From contig OZ240219.1 of the NCBI GenBank assembly GCA_965197645.1, positions 3,040,001 to 3,104,000 on the forward strand: a DNA stretch of 64,000 bases, in the 5' to 3' direction. The position numbers and the translations under genes were made by a program. This document shows, in pieces, positions 18,630 through 29,135 of this stretch. Under the pieces are notes generated by a model. The model made no database searches. It was not told the origin of the DNA and saw only the letters and a program-made list of their open reading frames with translations. How positions within the stretch are numbered: position 1 is the first letter of the stretch; the number at the start of each line of letters is the position of its first letter. The DNA is from Dehalococcoidia bacterium. GTDB lineage: Bacteria; Chloroflexota; Dehalococcoidia; Plut-88900.

Positions 18630-21020
18630 CTACGGCTCCCCCTGCCTCTTCCCCTTCGGCATCCGGTAGCCCACCCGAGGCTCTGTAAAGATGTAAGTCG
18701 GGTTGTCGGCGTCGTCTCCCAGCTTGCGACGGAGCTTCTTTACTACGGTGCGCATGGGCCGAAGGTCGCCTCCGCTCTTCTCTCCCCAGACCAGCCGCAG
18801 CAGATTCTCGTAGGTCACCACCCGTCCGCCGTTCCTCGAAAGCTCCGTCAGCATCCGGTACTCGATTGCCATCAGCTCGACCAGACGATCCGCAAGCGTC
18901 ACACGGCGGTCGGCGTAGTCGATTGTCAGGTCGCCGAGCACATACGGCTTTAATGGCTCTGAAACCGCTCGCTTGCGCAGCGCCGCTCTGATTCTCGCGT
19001 CCAACTCAGACGGCGAGAAGGGCTTGACGACGTAATCCACGGCACCCATGTCGAAGGCACTGACGATGAGTTCCTCTTGGCCGTACGCGGACAGGAAGAT
19101 GACCGGCACGTCGGTTACCGTGAGAACCTCCTTCATCAACTCGATCCCATCGGTGCCCGGCAGCATCAAGTCGAGAAGGACCAGATCGGGCTTCTCTTCT
19201 TGCATGAGATGGAGCGCGTCCTCAGAGTCTCCGGTCACTATCGGCTCGTAGCCCGCCTTGGTGAGGGTGTCGCGGACGTACCGCAAGTCCTGGGGGTCAT
19301 CGTCCACCGCGAGGACACGCACCAGTTCCTCTCCCTCCCTCTCCGTTCGCCGAGAGGAGCGGGGCGGGAGCGGAGGGATGCTGCTGGCCATGTCCCTGCC
19401 GGCCTCCCCGATCGTTGGAAGCGTGAAAGAGAAACGGGCGCCCAGCCCCGGCCCGTCGCTCTCGGCCCAGATGCGGCCCCCGTGAGCCTCCACCATCCCC
19501 TTGCAGATGGCAAGGCCCAGGCCCGTGTCTCCCCCCCGGTCCTCGGCGTCGAGTCTCGAAAACTTCCTGAACAGGTGGGGCAGCCGCTCGGAGGGTATGC
19601 CCCTCCCCTCGTCGGCGACGGAGAAGACAACGTGAACGTCATCCCGCACGGCGGACAAACTGATGACCGACGACTCCTGGGAGTGCCTGGCCGCGTTGGT
19701 CAGCAGGTTGCCCAGTACCTGCACGATGCGCAGCCTGTCCGCCATCACCAGGGGCAGGCTCGGCTCGATGTCGATGTCGAGGTTGTTCTTGCCCCCTGCG
19801 CTGAAGAAGGCGTTTCTTGCCCGGTCCACCAGCGCGGCTGCCTCCGCGGGTTCGGGGTTGACTGTCAACGTGCCCGTCTCGATGCGCGCCACGTCTAGCA
19901 GGTCGGCGACAAGGCCGTGCATGTGGTCGGCCTGGTCCTCGATGATCCGAAAGAACTGGCGGACCACTGCGGGATCAAGGTCGGTGGTCGAACCCAGGGC
20001 GGTGGCGGCGGAGCCTTTGATGGAGGTCAGCGGGGCGCGCAGCTCATGGCTCACCATCGCCAGGAACTCGGCTCGCAGCCGCTCAAGCTCCTCCAGGTCC
20101 GTCATGTCCTGTAGGGTGACGACCACCGACTCCAACTCACCCCCCTCCGAGCGGATGGGAGTGGCGTTGACCAGGACGGTGACGCTCCGCCCATCGGGGA
20201 CCTGCATGACGATCTCCTCGGCCCGAATCGTCTCGCCCGTGCTCAGCGCCTGCGCCAGGGGAAACTCTTGCAGTGAGATGTCCCTCCCGTCGGCTCTCCG
20301 GTAAGTCAGCGTCTGAAGTAGCTGCTCTGCCGACTGGTCCAGGTTGCGCAACCCGTCGACGATCCTTCTCCCCTCCCTGTTAAGCGATGTGGGGAGTCCC
20401 GTCTTAGCATCGAAGACCACCACGCCGACGGGTGCCGTGTTCATCACCGTCTCAAGGTCGGCCCTGGCACGCTGCTCGTCCCGGTGCCTGCGGGCATTCG
20501 AGATGGCCATCGCCGCTTGCGACGCGAACATCAGCAGCGTGTCCTCGTCCTCCTGGGTGAACTCAACGCCGCCCTCCTTGTCCGTCACGCTGACGTTGCC
20601 GACATGCCTCCCCCTGTGACGGATGGGAGAACCGAGGTAGCTCCTCACCGGCCCCACTGGCGGGCCGACCTCGGAGAGGCCGACCGAGGCGATATGGGCG
20701 GAGAAGTCTGCCACCCTGACGGGCTCGGACATCCCGATCAGGTAGTAGAAGAACTCCATGCCGCCCTGCAGGGCGTAGATCTGCCGGTACTCCTCTTCGG
20801 TGATGCCGGAGGCGAGGAACGACTCCAGTTGCGCGGACTCGTCGAGGACGAGAAGGCATCCCCTGGTGGCGCCGGTCAGGGAGCGCGCCCCATCCAACAC
20901 CTCCTGCAACACTGTATCCAGGTCCAGATCCTCGGTGATGCGGATGCTCGCCTCGCTCAGCCTGGAGAGACGCTCCCGCAGGGCCTCTGTTTCGCGCATG
21001 GGTTCGCCGAATCGCTTCAT
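18630..21020 (-). CDS. hybrid sensor kinase/response regulator (GAF-PAS-HisKA-HATPase-REC-winged helix)
   Basis: VSHELRAPL, NLLTNA, DEGRGI, GLGLAI, VDDD, LLDLMLP, KPFS, IFTEPRVGYR; GAGGTG RBS before MKRF. Confidence 0.93.
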   Translation of the reverse strand: MKRFGEPMRETEALRERLSRLSEASIRITEDLDLDTVLQEVLDGARSLTGATRGCLLVLDESAQLESFLASGITEEEYRQIYALQGGMEFFYYLIGMSEPVRVADFSAHIASVGLSEVGPPVGPVRSYLGSPIRHRGRHVGNVSVTDKEGGVEFTQEDEDTLLMFASQAAMAISNARRHRDEQRARADLETVMNTAPVGVVVFDAKTGLPTSLNREGRRIVDGLRNLDQSAEQLLQTLTYRRADGRDISLQEFPLAQALSTGETIRAEEIVMQVPDGRSVTVLVNATPIRSEGGELESVVVTLQDMTDLEELERLRAEFLAMVSHELRAPLTSIKGSAATALGSTTDLDPAVVRQFFRIIEDQADHMHGLVADLLDVARIETGTLTVNPEPAEAAALVDRARNAFFSAGGKNNLDIDIEPSLPLVMADRLRIVQVLGNLLTNAARHSQESSVISLSAVRDDVHVVFSVADEGRGIPSERLPHLFRKFSRLDAEDRGGDTGLGLAICKGMVEAHGGRIWAESDGPGLGARFSFTLPTIGEAGRDMASSIPPLPPRSSRRTEREGEELVRVLAVDDDPQDLRYVRDTLTKAGYEPIVTGDSEDALHLMQEEKPDLVLLDLMLPGTDGIELMKEVLTVTDVPVIFLSAYGQEELIVSAFDMGAVDYVVKPFSPSELDARIRAALRKRAVSEPLKPYVLGDLTIDYADRRVTLADRLVELMAIEYRMLTELSRNGGRVVTYENLLRLVWGEKSGGDLRPMRTVVKKLRRKLGDDADNPTYIFTEPRVGYRMPKGKRQGEP

Positions 21021-23287
21021 CTCTTCACCTCGAAAGTAAGTGGAGGGCTCGATACTTATGCCTCTTTTGACCGGGTGGATTTCGAACTGACAGGGGCAAT
21101 TATGCCATTTCCAACTGATAATCACAATAGGTCATAGAGAATCGCCCTAAAAGTCACAGACCAGTCATATTCAGCTTGTATAATAGGAGCCGGCTTTTAC
21201 CCAAAGACGGGAGAGATGTGGATGCCGCTCAAATGGCGACTACCTGCTATAGAGAAAGACCGCAAGACGACCGATCCCAACCATCCCCTTAGGCCGAGCC
21301 TCGACTGCCACCATGCCCGTCTGGCCGCAAAGCACTCCACAGAGCAGGACCATAGATGACCCCCTCCTTTAGCCAAAGACTCCCCATCCTGCCGGTAGCC
21401 CTCACTGCGCTCAATGAGCCCTGGTTACAACCACGAGGCCATCAAGACGAAGGATAGCTTCGGGGCACAGTTAGTGTCGCATTAAGGAAGATCATGAAGT
21501 CCCACTGCTTTCGGATACTCTACAGTGTAACCATTCTCCTGGTCACGTCCCTCTTCATCTTCACGGCGGCGACCGTCTTGGCCGACTCCGACGACGATAA
21601 CCAGGGGTCCCAGGAGGAAACGGAGCGCTGTCCCTGGTGTCAGCCCCCGACTCAGACCCCGACTTCCGTTCCGTCTCCAACGCCAACATCCACCACCGTG
21701 CCTACCACCGTGCCCACGGCAACGTCGACCCCTACTCCCAACCCCACCCCCATTGCTACGCCAGTCCGTCCCCTTCCTCCAGTTCCTACCGGAGTCGAAG
21801 TCGACAGCTCCACTTGTACTTCCATCCTGCTAGTTTGGGATGAGATGAGTGGCGTCAGCCAATACGGTGTGATCTGGGGAGAAGAGGGAGTGGAGACCAG
21901 GGAGGCCAAGGATGAGCGTGTACCCGGAGGACCCAACGCATTAAAATACCTCGCCGACCTGGAGCCCGGCACCCGCTACCACTTCAGGGTCCGGGCCTAT
22001 GGGGACGGCGGTACATACCGCCAGGGCTGGGGACCGCTGTCCGGTACAGTTTACGGCCAGACGAACGAGCTGAGCACCTGCGAAATCCCTACGCCTATAC
22101 CGACGGCCACTCCCACTCCCAACCCCACCCCCATTGCTACGCCAGTCCGTCCCCTTCCTCCAGTTCCTACCGGAGTCGAAGTCGACAGCTCCACTTGTAC
22201 TTCCATCCTGCTAGTTTGGGATGAGATGAGTGGCGTCAGCCAATACGGTGTGATCTGGGGAGAAGAAGGAGTGGAGACCAGAGAGGCCAGAGAAGAGCGT
22301 GTACCCGGAGGGCCCAACGCATTAAAATACCTCGCCGACCTGGAGCCCGGCACCCGCTACCACTTCAGGGTCCGGGCCTATGGGGACGGCGGTACATACC
22401 GCCAGGGCTGGGGACCGCTGTCCAGCACGGTTTACGGCCAGACGAACGAGCTGAACACCTGCGAAATCCCTACACCTACGCCTACGCCTACTCCCACGCC
22501 CACGCCTATGCCTACTCCCACACCCACACCCACGCCTACGCCTACTCCCACACCCACACCCACGCCTACGCCTATGCCTACTCCCACACCCACACCCACA
22601 CCCACACCCACACCCACGCCTACGCCTACGCCTACGCCCACTCCCACTCCTACGCCCACTCCAAACCTGCCCACCGCGGACGACTGCGACCGCAACATCG
22701 CAGTCCTGAACCGGAAAGAGAAAATCAATGACGAGCTGCGCGGGGACTGCCGGGCACTGCTGACCGCTATCGTCGCCATGAAGGGCACCAACCCGGCGCC
22801 TGATCTCAACTGGGGCACTGCCGGACACCTGTCCTCGGCCTGGGACGGCGTTACCGTCGAAACCATCGGGGGCAAAAGCCGCATTACCGGCCTCGACCTG
22901 AGCGACAAGGGTATCGATGGCACCCTGGCTTCGGCCCTCGCAGACCTGACGGCACTGAAGCACCTGGACCTGTCCGACAACGCCATGGGCGGAACGATAA
23001 GCACGGGGAAGATCCCGGCCAGCGAACTGCGGACCCTGGACCTATCAAATAACGCTTTTACCGGAAAGCTGCCCAGTTCAATGCTGGCGTTTTGGCAGGC
23101 AACCTCGATTGACCTGTCCAACAATCGCTTCACGGGCCCGATACCGAGGGATCTGCACGTCCTGGCGGGATTCAACCTCACATCCCTCTACCTGGCGGGT
23201 AACCTTCTCGACGGATGTTTAAACAACACACAGGAGGACTCGTTTGCGATGATTCCCAACAACGATATCAGCAGCCTGGCCTGCTAC
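20934..23287 (+). repeat. segmental duplication, copy 2
   Basis: Near-identical to 11931-13873; contains a tandem 381-bp FN3 duplication. Confidence 0.95.
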
Positions 23288-23935
23288 GCCCCTGTAGAGG
23301 ACGCCCCCGCTGCCGACAGCCGTTGCTCCGATGGGTGGGACCTCCTGGTCATATCCAAGGAAACCTACAAGAAGACCGTCAACGATCCGGCTGGATATAC
23401 ACACAAGCTCCGCATGAACATAATGGGTAATGCGCTGGTCGACCTACTCCCGCCCACAGAGCATTGCATCCAGGGAAAATTCTTCGTGAAGGCGACACCC
23501 GGCGTTGACAGCATGACGGTGGAGGTTGACCTTCACGATGCCCCGCTGTCCTTCTTTACCAAGACCGATGCCCAGATAAGGGAGATGGACTACTACTCGT
23601 TCAGGGAGTCGATTACCAGGTTTGTAGTGCCCGCCGACCCAACCCGGACAGTGCCGGACTTTATCTGCACCATGTGCAGGGGCGGTACCGCCCAGACGAC
23701 GCCGGGGCTGATCGTCGAAACCGGGCTGCTGGACCGCCACAAAGTCATCGCTTACGGCAATTACAGCTTTACCGTCGGCGACCATTCCAGAGAAGACATT
23801 CCGGCGGCGGTGGGCTGGGAGGTACAGTACACGGATGGCGAAGCCGCCGGGCGGTTGTTGGAGCTCAAGGAATATGCACCCTCGGACATGCACAGCCAGA
23901 TAGAAATATGGCATGACCGATACGAGGATGAATAG
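21494..23935 (+). CDS. secreted 2xFN3-(PT)n-LRR protein with variable Cys-rich C-terminal domain, variant B
   Basis: Same N-terminus as 12491 with an extra FN3; diverges after SSLACY. Confidence 0.9.
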   Translation: MKSHCFRILYSVTILLVTSLFIFTAATVLADSDDDNQGSQEETERCPWCQPPTQTPTSVPSPTPTSTTVPTTVPTATSTPTPNPTPIATPVRPLPPVPTGVEVDSSTCTSILLVWDEMSGVSQYGVIWGEEGVETREAKDERVPGGPNALKYLADLEPGTRYHFRVRAYGDGGTYRQGWGPLSGTVYGQTNELSTCEIPTPIPTATPTPNPTPIATPVRPLPPVPTGVEVDSSTCTSILLVWDEMSGVSQYGVIWGEEGVETREAREERVPGGPNALKYLADLEPGTRYHFRVRAYGDGGTYRQGWGPLSSTVYGQTNELNTCEIPTPTPTPTPTPTPMPTPTPTPTPTPTPTPTPTPTPMPTPTPTPTPTPTPTPTPTPTPTPTPTPTPNLPTADDCDRNIAVLNRKEKINDELRGDCRALLTAIVAMKGTNPAPDLNWGTAGHLSSAWDGVTVETIGGKSRITGLDLSDKGIDGTLASALADLTALKHLDLSDNAMGGTISTGKIPASELRTLDLSNNAFTGKLPSSMLAFWQATSIDLSNNRFTGPIPRDLHVLAGFNLTSLYLAGNLLDGCLNNTQEDSFAMIPNNDISSLACYAPVEDAPAADSRCSDGWDLLVISKETYKKTVNDPAGYTHKLRMNIMGNALVDLLPPTEHCIQGKFFVKATPGVDSMTVEVDLHDAPLSFFTKTDAQIREMDYYSFRESITRFVVPADPTRTVPDFICTMCRGGTAQTTPGLIVETGLLDRHKVIAYGNYSFTVGDHSREDIPAAVGWEVQYTDGEAAGRLLELKEYAPSDMHSQIEIWHDRYEDE
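22468..22662 (+). repeat. 6-bp Pro-Thr VNTR
   Basis: CCNACN tandem array. Confidence 0.9.
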
Positions 23936-23976
23936 GCACGGCTCTGGTACGCTAAGATTCTGAAAGGAGGCCAACG

Positions 23977-24681
23977 ATGGGCCTGTTACTCTCGAATAGC
24001 TACAGGATGTGGGTGCTGAGATTGGCGGTCGTGGCCGCACTGGCCGGCGGACTGTCCTGGTGGGCCCTATCAGGCGACGACTATCTGGAGGCCACCGGCG
24101 ATGCGGCCCAGTCATGCCACCAAGCCGAGCCGCTGCAGGACGTGGACATACTGCTGCACTCAGAGGTTTACGTGGACGGCAAGCTGGAGATCACCCGGAC
24201 CCTTAATTATCACCTGTCCGGCGAAAATGTCCTTATGCTTTGGGACGAGCGCCCGAAAGAGGCCAAGTTGTACTACGAGGGCACGGTGTACCACCGCGAT
24301 GAAGAAGGAAACTGGACGAAGGGGCACGACTACGGCGCCTACAAAAACAGGTTTGTTTTCCCTCTGAGCGTGGATAGCATCTGTCCCAACCTGGCCGCCT
24401 TCGCCTACGCCAGCACCGACAAGGTGGAAGATCAGAGCGCCAAGAAGTTCACGGTGCCCACCCTATCCGGCGAGCCATTCGACAACAGCTGGCCAACCAC
24501 CAGCGAGCCGCCGCTGATTTACGACTGGGCGATCTGGATCAACGACGCCGGTTACATAGTCAAGGCCACGTACAAGGGGCGGTACGGCTGGAAAGAGGGC
24601 ATGGAGAAATGGGAGTCCCACGTTACCGCGGTCTACACGGAGCATGGCGTGCGCAACGTCATGCCCAACCGAAGTAAGTGA
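23977..24681 (+). CDS. LppX/LprAFG-like partner protein P6
   Basis: LLSNSYRMW plus TM; ICPNLAAFAYA; KKFTVPTLSGEP; WAIWINDAGYIVKA; RBS AAAGGAGG. Confidence 0.8.
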   Translation: MGLLLSNSYRMWVLRLAVVAALAGGLSWWALSGDDYLEATGDAAQSCHQAEPLQDVDILLHSEVYVDGKLEITRTLNYHLSGENVLMLWDERPKEAKLYYEGTVYHRDEEGNWTKGHDYGAYKNRFVFPLSVDSICPNLAAFAYASTDKVEDQSAKKFTVPTLSGEPFDNSWPTTSEPPLIYDWAIWINDAGYIVKATYKGRYGWKEGMEKWESHVTAVYTEHGVRNVMPNRSK

Positions 24682-25187
24682 AAGGCTCACTTAGACAGCG
24701 CTCCCCCGACTCCTGGGAATTGACGATCGACCTGGGGCGGGACCCGTCCGGTAAGCGCCGCCGCAAGTACCACACGGTCCGGGGCACCAAGGCTCGGGCC
24801 GAGCGACGGCTCCGGGAGTTCCTCACCCTCCTCGACTAGGGAGCCACACTTCCGGCCGAGCGGGTCTCCCTCCGGGACTGGCTCCACCGATTGCTCCGGG
24901 AGCAGATCGAACCCCGGCGCTGAAAGCAGACCAAGGAGCGATATGGCATCGCCATCGATAGGTACATTGTTCCGGCAGTGGGGGACATCCCCATTGCCAA
25001 GCTAACCTCCACCCACGTGCAGGCCTTCGAGACTAACCTGCTTACGCGCTTGGGGCCCGCCACCATCCATCTCATCCACGCCGTCCTCTCCGGCGCCCTC
25101 AAGCACGCCATGAGGATGGAGCCGGTGTACCGCGACATCGCCTCCCTGATCTCGCCGCCGCCGCTGGAGCGGGAGGAGGTGAACCCC
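24678..25187 (+). pseudogene. tyrosine integrase N-terminal fragment (two in-frame stops)
   Basis: MKGSLRQRSPDSWELTIDLGRDPSGKRRRKYHTVRGTK..IVPAVGDIPIAKLT..IHAVLSGALKHA. Confidence 0.8.
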
Positions 25188-25619
25188 GCCGCACTGCGCG
25201 GCATGGCGGAGTGCCTGCCGGGTGACCCTCGACGGTGGATCATCGACGCGGGCAACGACACCAACTGGGGACAGGTGCTGGTGGGCAACGTCGCCGACCA
25301 GGTGTCATGGGATGAGCCCACTTTCGTGGACGAGACCTGCCACCTGGCACCCGCGCCAACGCTCCAGCGCCCCGACCTGCTGACGATGGTCTCGTCCAGG
25401 CCGCCGGACGTGGACTGCGCGGCGGTCTTCGATCTCACCGACCAGGACCCCACCATCAACCAAATGATGGCGTCGCTAGTGCTGCAGGTGGTACGCCGAA
25501 TAGTGGCGGGCACCTGCCCATTCATGGCCCTCTACCTGGACATGGACCTGGGTACCGTCACGCCCACCTACATCACCCCGAAGGCGGTGGAGCGGACCGT
25601 GGGGACCTACGTCGAATGA
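25188..25619 (+). pseudogene. C-terminal half of a second PRTRC ThiF, fused to the integrase fragment
   Basis: Diverged copy of about 10115-10560 (MAECLPGDPRRWIIDAGNDTNWGQ). Confidence 0.88.
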
Positions 25620-25666
25620 TCGGCGCACGTGGACGCACTCAGAGAACGACCAAGAAAGGAGAAACC

Positions 25667-26050
25667 ATGAACGATAAGAACGGAACGACCACGATGTGGC
25701 AGGACAACCACAGTGGGCTACGCAGACACAAGCTGATGACGAAAGAGCTCGAGGACACGATCCCTGGCCTCTACGCCAACGAGAACGTCGAGGACTACGA
25801 CGCCGTAGTTGCCAAGGCGAAGCTCTTCAGGCCCTACACCAATTGGACATGGTACATCACAGAGTGGAATGCAGAGACCGGGCTCTGCTTCGGCCTCGTG
25901 GAGGGGTTCGAGGTGGAACTGGGCTACTTCGATCTGACGGAGCTGGCGGAGGCGACCGTGTTCGGCGACGTCCCCGCAGTGGACCGCGACCTCTACTGGA
26001 AACCGAAGACCCTTGGCGAGATTAGGAGACAGGGGCGGATGGCGGCCTAG
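25667..26050 (+). CDS. DUF2958 family protein, second copy
   Basis: Paralog of 10617-11012; RBS AAAGGAG. Confidence 0.85.
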   Translation: MNDKNGTTTMWQDNHSGLRRHKLMTKELEDTIPGLYANENVEDYDAVVAKAKLFRPYTNWTWYITEWNAETGLCFGLVEGFEVELGYFDLTELAEATVFGDVPAVDRDLYWKPKTLGEIRRQGRMAA

Positions 26051-26099
26051 CGGTTTGACGCAAGGAGAGCAAGAGAAACAACAAGGAAAGGAGAAGACC

Positions 26100-26624
26100 A
26101 TGCCTGACGAGAACGGAACGGAAGCAACCCGCGCGGACGTATCGAGCGCCGCCGAGAGTCTCTTTGGCGACTCGACGGACGACAGGGCTGCCCCGGTCGT
26201 CCAGGAGGAAGACTCCCACGATGCGGTCCCTGATGAGCCGAAGGGCGGCGGGGAGACAGCACAGGAGGAACAGGGCTCCGGTGACGCCGAGGGCCAAGCC
26301 GCTGGAGATGAGGCCCAACCGTCCGAGGACCTGAAGGTGGTCGTGTCCATCAAGGGCGGCAGGGCCACCATCGGCGTACAGCAGCCCTCGTCGGACCCGC
26401 ACATCGAGACCTTCGACGACCTGGACGTATCCGGGTTGACGCAGGAGGCCCTGGCAGTGGTCGAGAGGGCCTAGGCCAAATGGGAGGACGGACCCAAGCA
26501 CCCCGCTCACGTCAGACCCTCTCCCCCGGCCAGGCGCCGGACCCGGCGCGGGCAGGGGGCGGCCCAGGCGAATGCCGGGGGAGAGGCGGACCAGCAGCAG
26601 CCCCAGACGCTGAGGCTGTTCTAA
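26100..26624 (+). pseudogene. PRTRC-E-like acidic protein, second copy, nonsense at 26472
   Basis: Paralog of 11060; the frame continues past the TAG to ..QTLRLF*. Confidence 0.8.
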
Positions 26625-27527
26625 GGGGATCGGTCGGCGGGGTGTGCTGACCGCAGGGACACGGGGAAACCGTCGCACTATCTGCTACGGCCTCCCCCGC
26701 CCATCGATATATGCGGCCTTTTTGCATTTCAGGAAAGGGAGAAGATCCGATGAAGAACCGCGACGATGAGACCATGAAGGTGCCGTTGGAGACCAACAGG
26801 AGGCACGGGGAAGTATACCGGGTTACGATATCTCCTTCCCACAGGCCCTTCTATCAGCCTTTATTACGTTTCAGCCGGACCGCATGTCTATATATGCGGC
26901 GTTGTTTCGTTTGCTCTGTCCGATTACTGCAAGCTCAGCGGATTATAGGGCAGAGTGCAGTACTGCTAATCGAGGGATTACAAGAGCACCTGTCCTGTGA
27001 TTCAACAACACGATCGCCGACAATAGCGGCCTCCTAAGCACTAATGAAGTTATTGGCCCTCCCACATTTCATTGGTGGATACGGGTGTTTCCATTGATCT
27101 TCTATTTCTATCGTTCTAGTTACCCATGGACCCCGGAAAGTCCTAACCGGGCGCCGAAGTAGTCAGTTGTACCTGAGATCATCCCGAGTGCGGGTTTGTG
27201 GGTCGGGGCCGCGGGGTCGTTGTGGGTGCTGCAGTCGTCCCTCCGTGCGAGTTTATGGGTCGGGGCTACGGGGTCGAGGGTGGCTGTGTCCCCGGGGAGA
27301 CAGGGGCCGTGGCCGCCACCCATCGGGTCTCTTGAACGTCAGTGGTGGTTTCGACCCATTGGGTACATCGTTCGGTATCTGTCTCGACGGTGACCCACCG
27401 GGTCTCCCGTTCACCGTCGCGAGCCCGTGCTCCTGCTGGGGACCATAGGCCCAGAGCTGTCCAGGGAGGCTCTCAGAGAGATCTCCCCCTTCATTCGATT
27501 CATACACCAAGAGGATACTAAAGGAGA

Positions 27528-27992
27528 GTGACAATGAACGGACGGGAGGAGGCCAAGCGCCTGAGGTCCCAGTTCACATACGAGGAGATGGGCAACCTTG
27601 AGAAAGTAACCCGTTGCCTCGGCCTGCGGATATGTTGCTGGCCGGGACCCGTGCCGGATGTCCTCTACGTGGTGGCGGGCCGCTGCCTGCTCATTCCCCG
27701 GGCCCTAGGCCAGCTCTACCGGCGCTGGTCTATCGCCAATGCCATCGGCCACTGGTACACTCACCCCCAGGGCAACGAGTTCCGGCGGCCCCTTACCCCC
27801 ATCAAGAGGGCCGCCTTGCGCTATGAGGCTTCGTCCTTTGCTTTCTACCTCCTGGTTGATGTCGACGAGGCCGATCGTCTGGGCATGACCGACCCGGTAC
27901 AAATAGGGGAGAAATACGGCATCCCACCTGATGTAATCGAAGCCTATCAGGGAGAGTGGCTGGTCCCCTTGACCGGGGCGAAGCTGCCATAA
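27528..27992 (+). CDS. ImmA/IrrE (DUF955)-like protein with degenerate active site
   Basis: RRWSIANAIGHWYTH and EASSFAFYLL; HExxH replaced by NAIGH. Confidence 0.7.
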   Translation: MTMNGREEAKRLRSQFTYEEMGNLEKVTRCLGLRICCWPGPVPDVLYVVAGRCLLIPRALGQLYRRWSIANAIGHWYTHPQGNEFRRPLTPIKRAALRYEASSFAFYLLVDVDEADRLGMTDPVQIGEKYGIPPDVIEAYQGEWLVPLTGAKLP

Positions 27993-28346
27993 GGAAGAAG
28001 TCCGGGAGACAAGCGGCAACATGCTCAAGGTAGCTCCTAAGATGACGGTTGGGATTTGGGGGCGCTAATTGTCTAATGGCTGAAGTAAAACCTGCGGGCA
28101 ACGGACCCGAAACTCCCCTGAGCAGGAAAAAACAGGACTACAGACTTGGAATGGGCAACAAATCCCGGCGGCCGAGACGAACCCGCAATGCCCTCCCTAT
28201 CCTTCTCTACTTGATGGCGTCTGAAAGCAACCGCCGCTACAGGATAACGGAAATCTCTTCATCGCAGGCGTGCTGGTTACCATACCAGCTGCGTGCGATC
28301 GATATAGCGTTGGACCGGGATCTTAGACCCTGGAGCCGCTGCCTGA

Positions 28347-28787
28347 ATGGTCAAGTCTTTCTCCCTCACGGAACTGGCGGTGAGGATCAGGGCAGCGCTG
28401 CGCAACCAGGAGGCGTCCGAGCTGTCACAGCACTGTGTGCTGGGCGACCTGACCATCAACCATGCCGAGCGCCGGGTTAGCCTCGCCGGTCGTCCGGTCC
28501 GGCTGATTGTCATGGAGTACCGGACGCTCGCGGAGGTTTCGGCCTGCGGCAGCCGGGTGTGGACCTACGAGCACCTGCTGAGACGGGTCTGGGAGCTTGA
28601 GGGCGATGCCGACGTTCGTCCAATGCGCACTGCGATAAGCAGCCTGCGCCGCAAGCTGGGCGACGACGCCGAGAACCTGGCCTATATCTTCATTCAGCTC
28701 CGTGTCGGCTACCGGATGCCGAAGAGGGAGCCAGCTAATGGGACCGAGTCCGCCAACAGGGGACCTTCTGATGGAACCTCGGCATGA
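28347..28787 (+). pseudogene. C-terminal (winged-helix) fragment of a hybrid regulator paralogous to 18630-21020
   Basis: VKSFSLTELAVRIRAALR..LGDLTI..RPMRTAISSLRRKLGDDA..RVGYRM. Confidence 0.8.
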
Positions 28788-29135
28788 CTTCCGACCACCA
28801 TTAGTTCAGCCACTCGATTGAAATCAAAAGCAAGTATAGAGAACGAACCAGGCGGAGCTTATGCAGAAAATGGAAGATAGGCTTGCCGGCACCGCTGTGA
28901 TTGCCTACCTAGGGGCGCTTCTCATGGGACAGTCGTGGCGTATCTGGGAAGGCTCAGAACGCACAGCAGTGCTGCTTTTTGTTTTCCCTGTCCCCGACTA
29001 TTTGGGAGTCGTGATCTTGACCCTCACGTCCGTCCTGTCCGTCCAGAGCTCAACTCCCCACCTCGCCCTTCGAGTCTATCAATCGCGAGGTTCCTGCTTC
29101 GAGGTGGGTGTGATGGCTAATCGGTAGTGAGATTG

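Noticed and set aside
12491-24681. Diversity-generating retroelement as the cause of the variable C-termini
   Set aside because: There is no reverse transcriptase and no template/variable repeat pair with adenine-specific differences; divergence spans the whole domain.
27188-27276. Two 32-bp imperfect direct repeats with a 25-bp spacer, CRISPR-like at first glance
   Set aside because: Only two copies, with several mismatches, a period of 57 (multiple of 3) and no cas genes. It reads as a Pro/Thr-rich coding relic on the minus strand.
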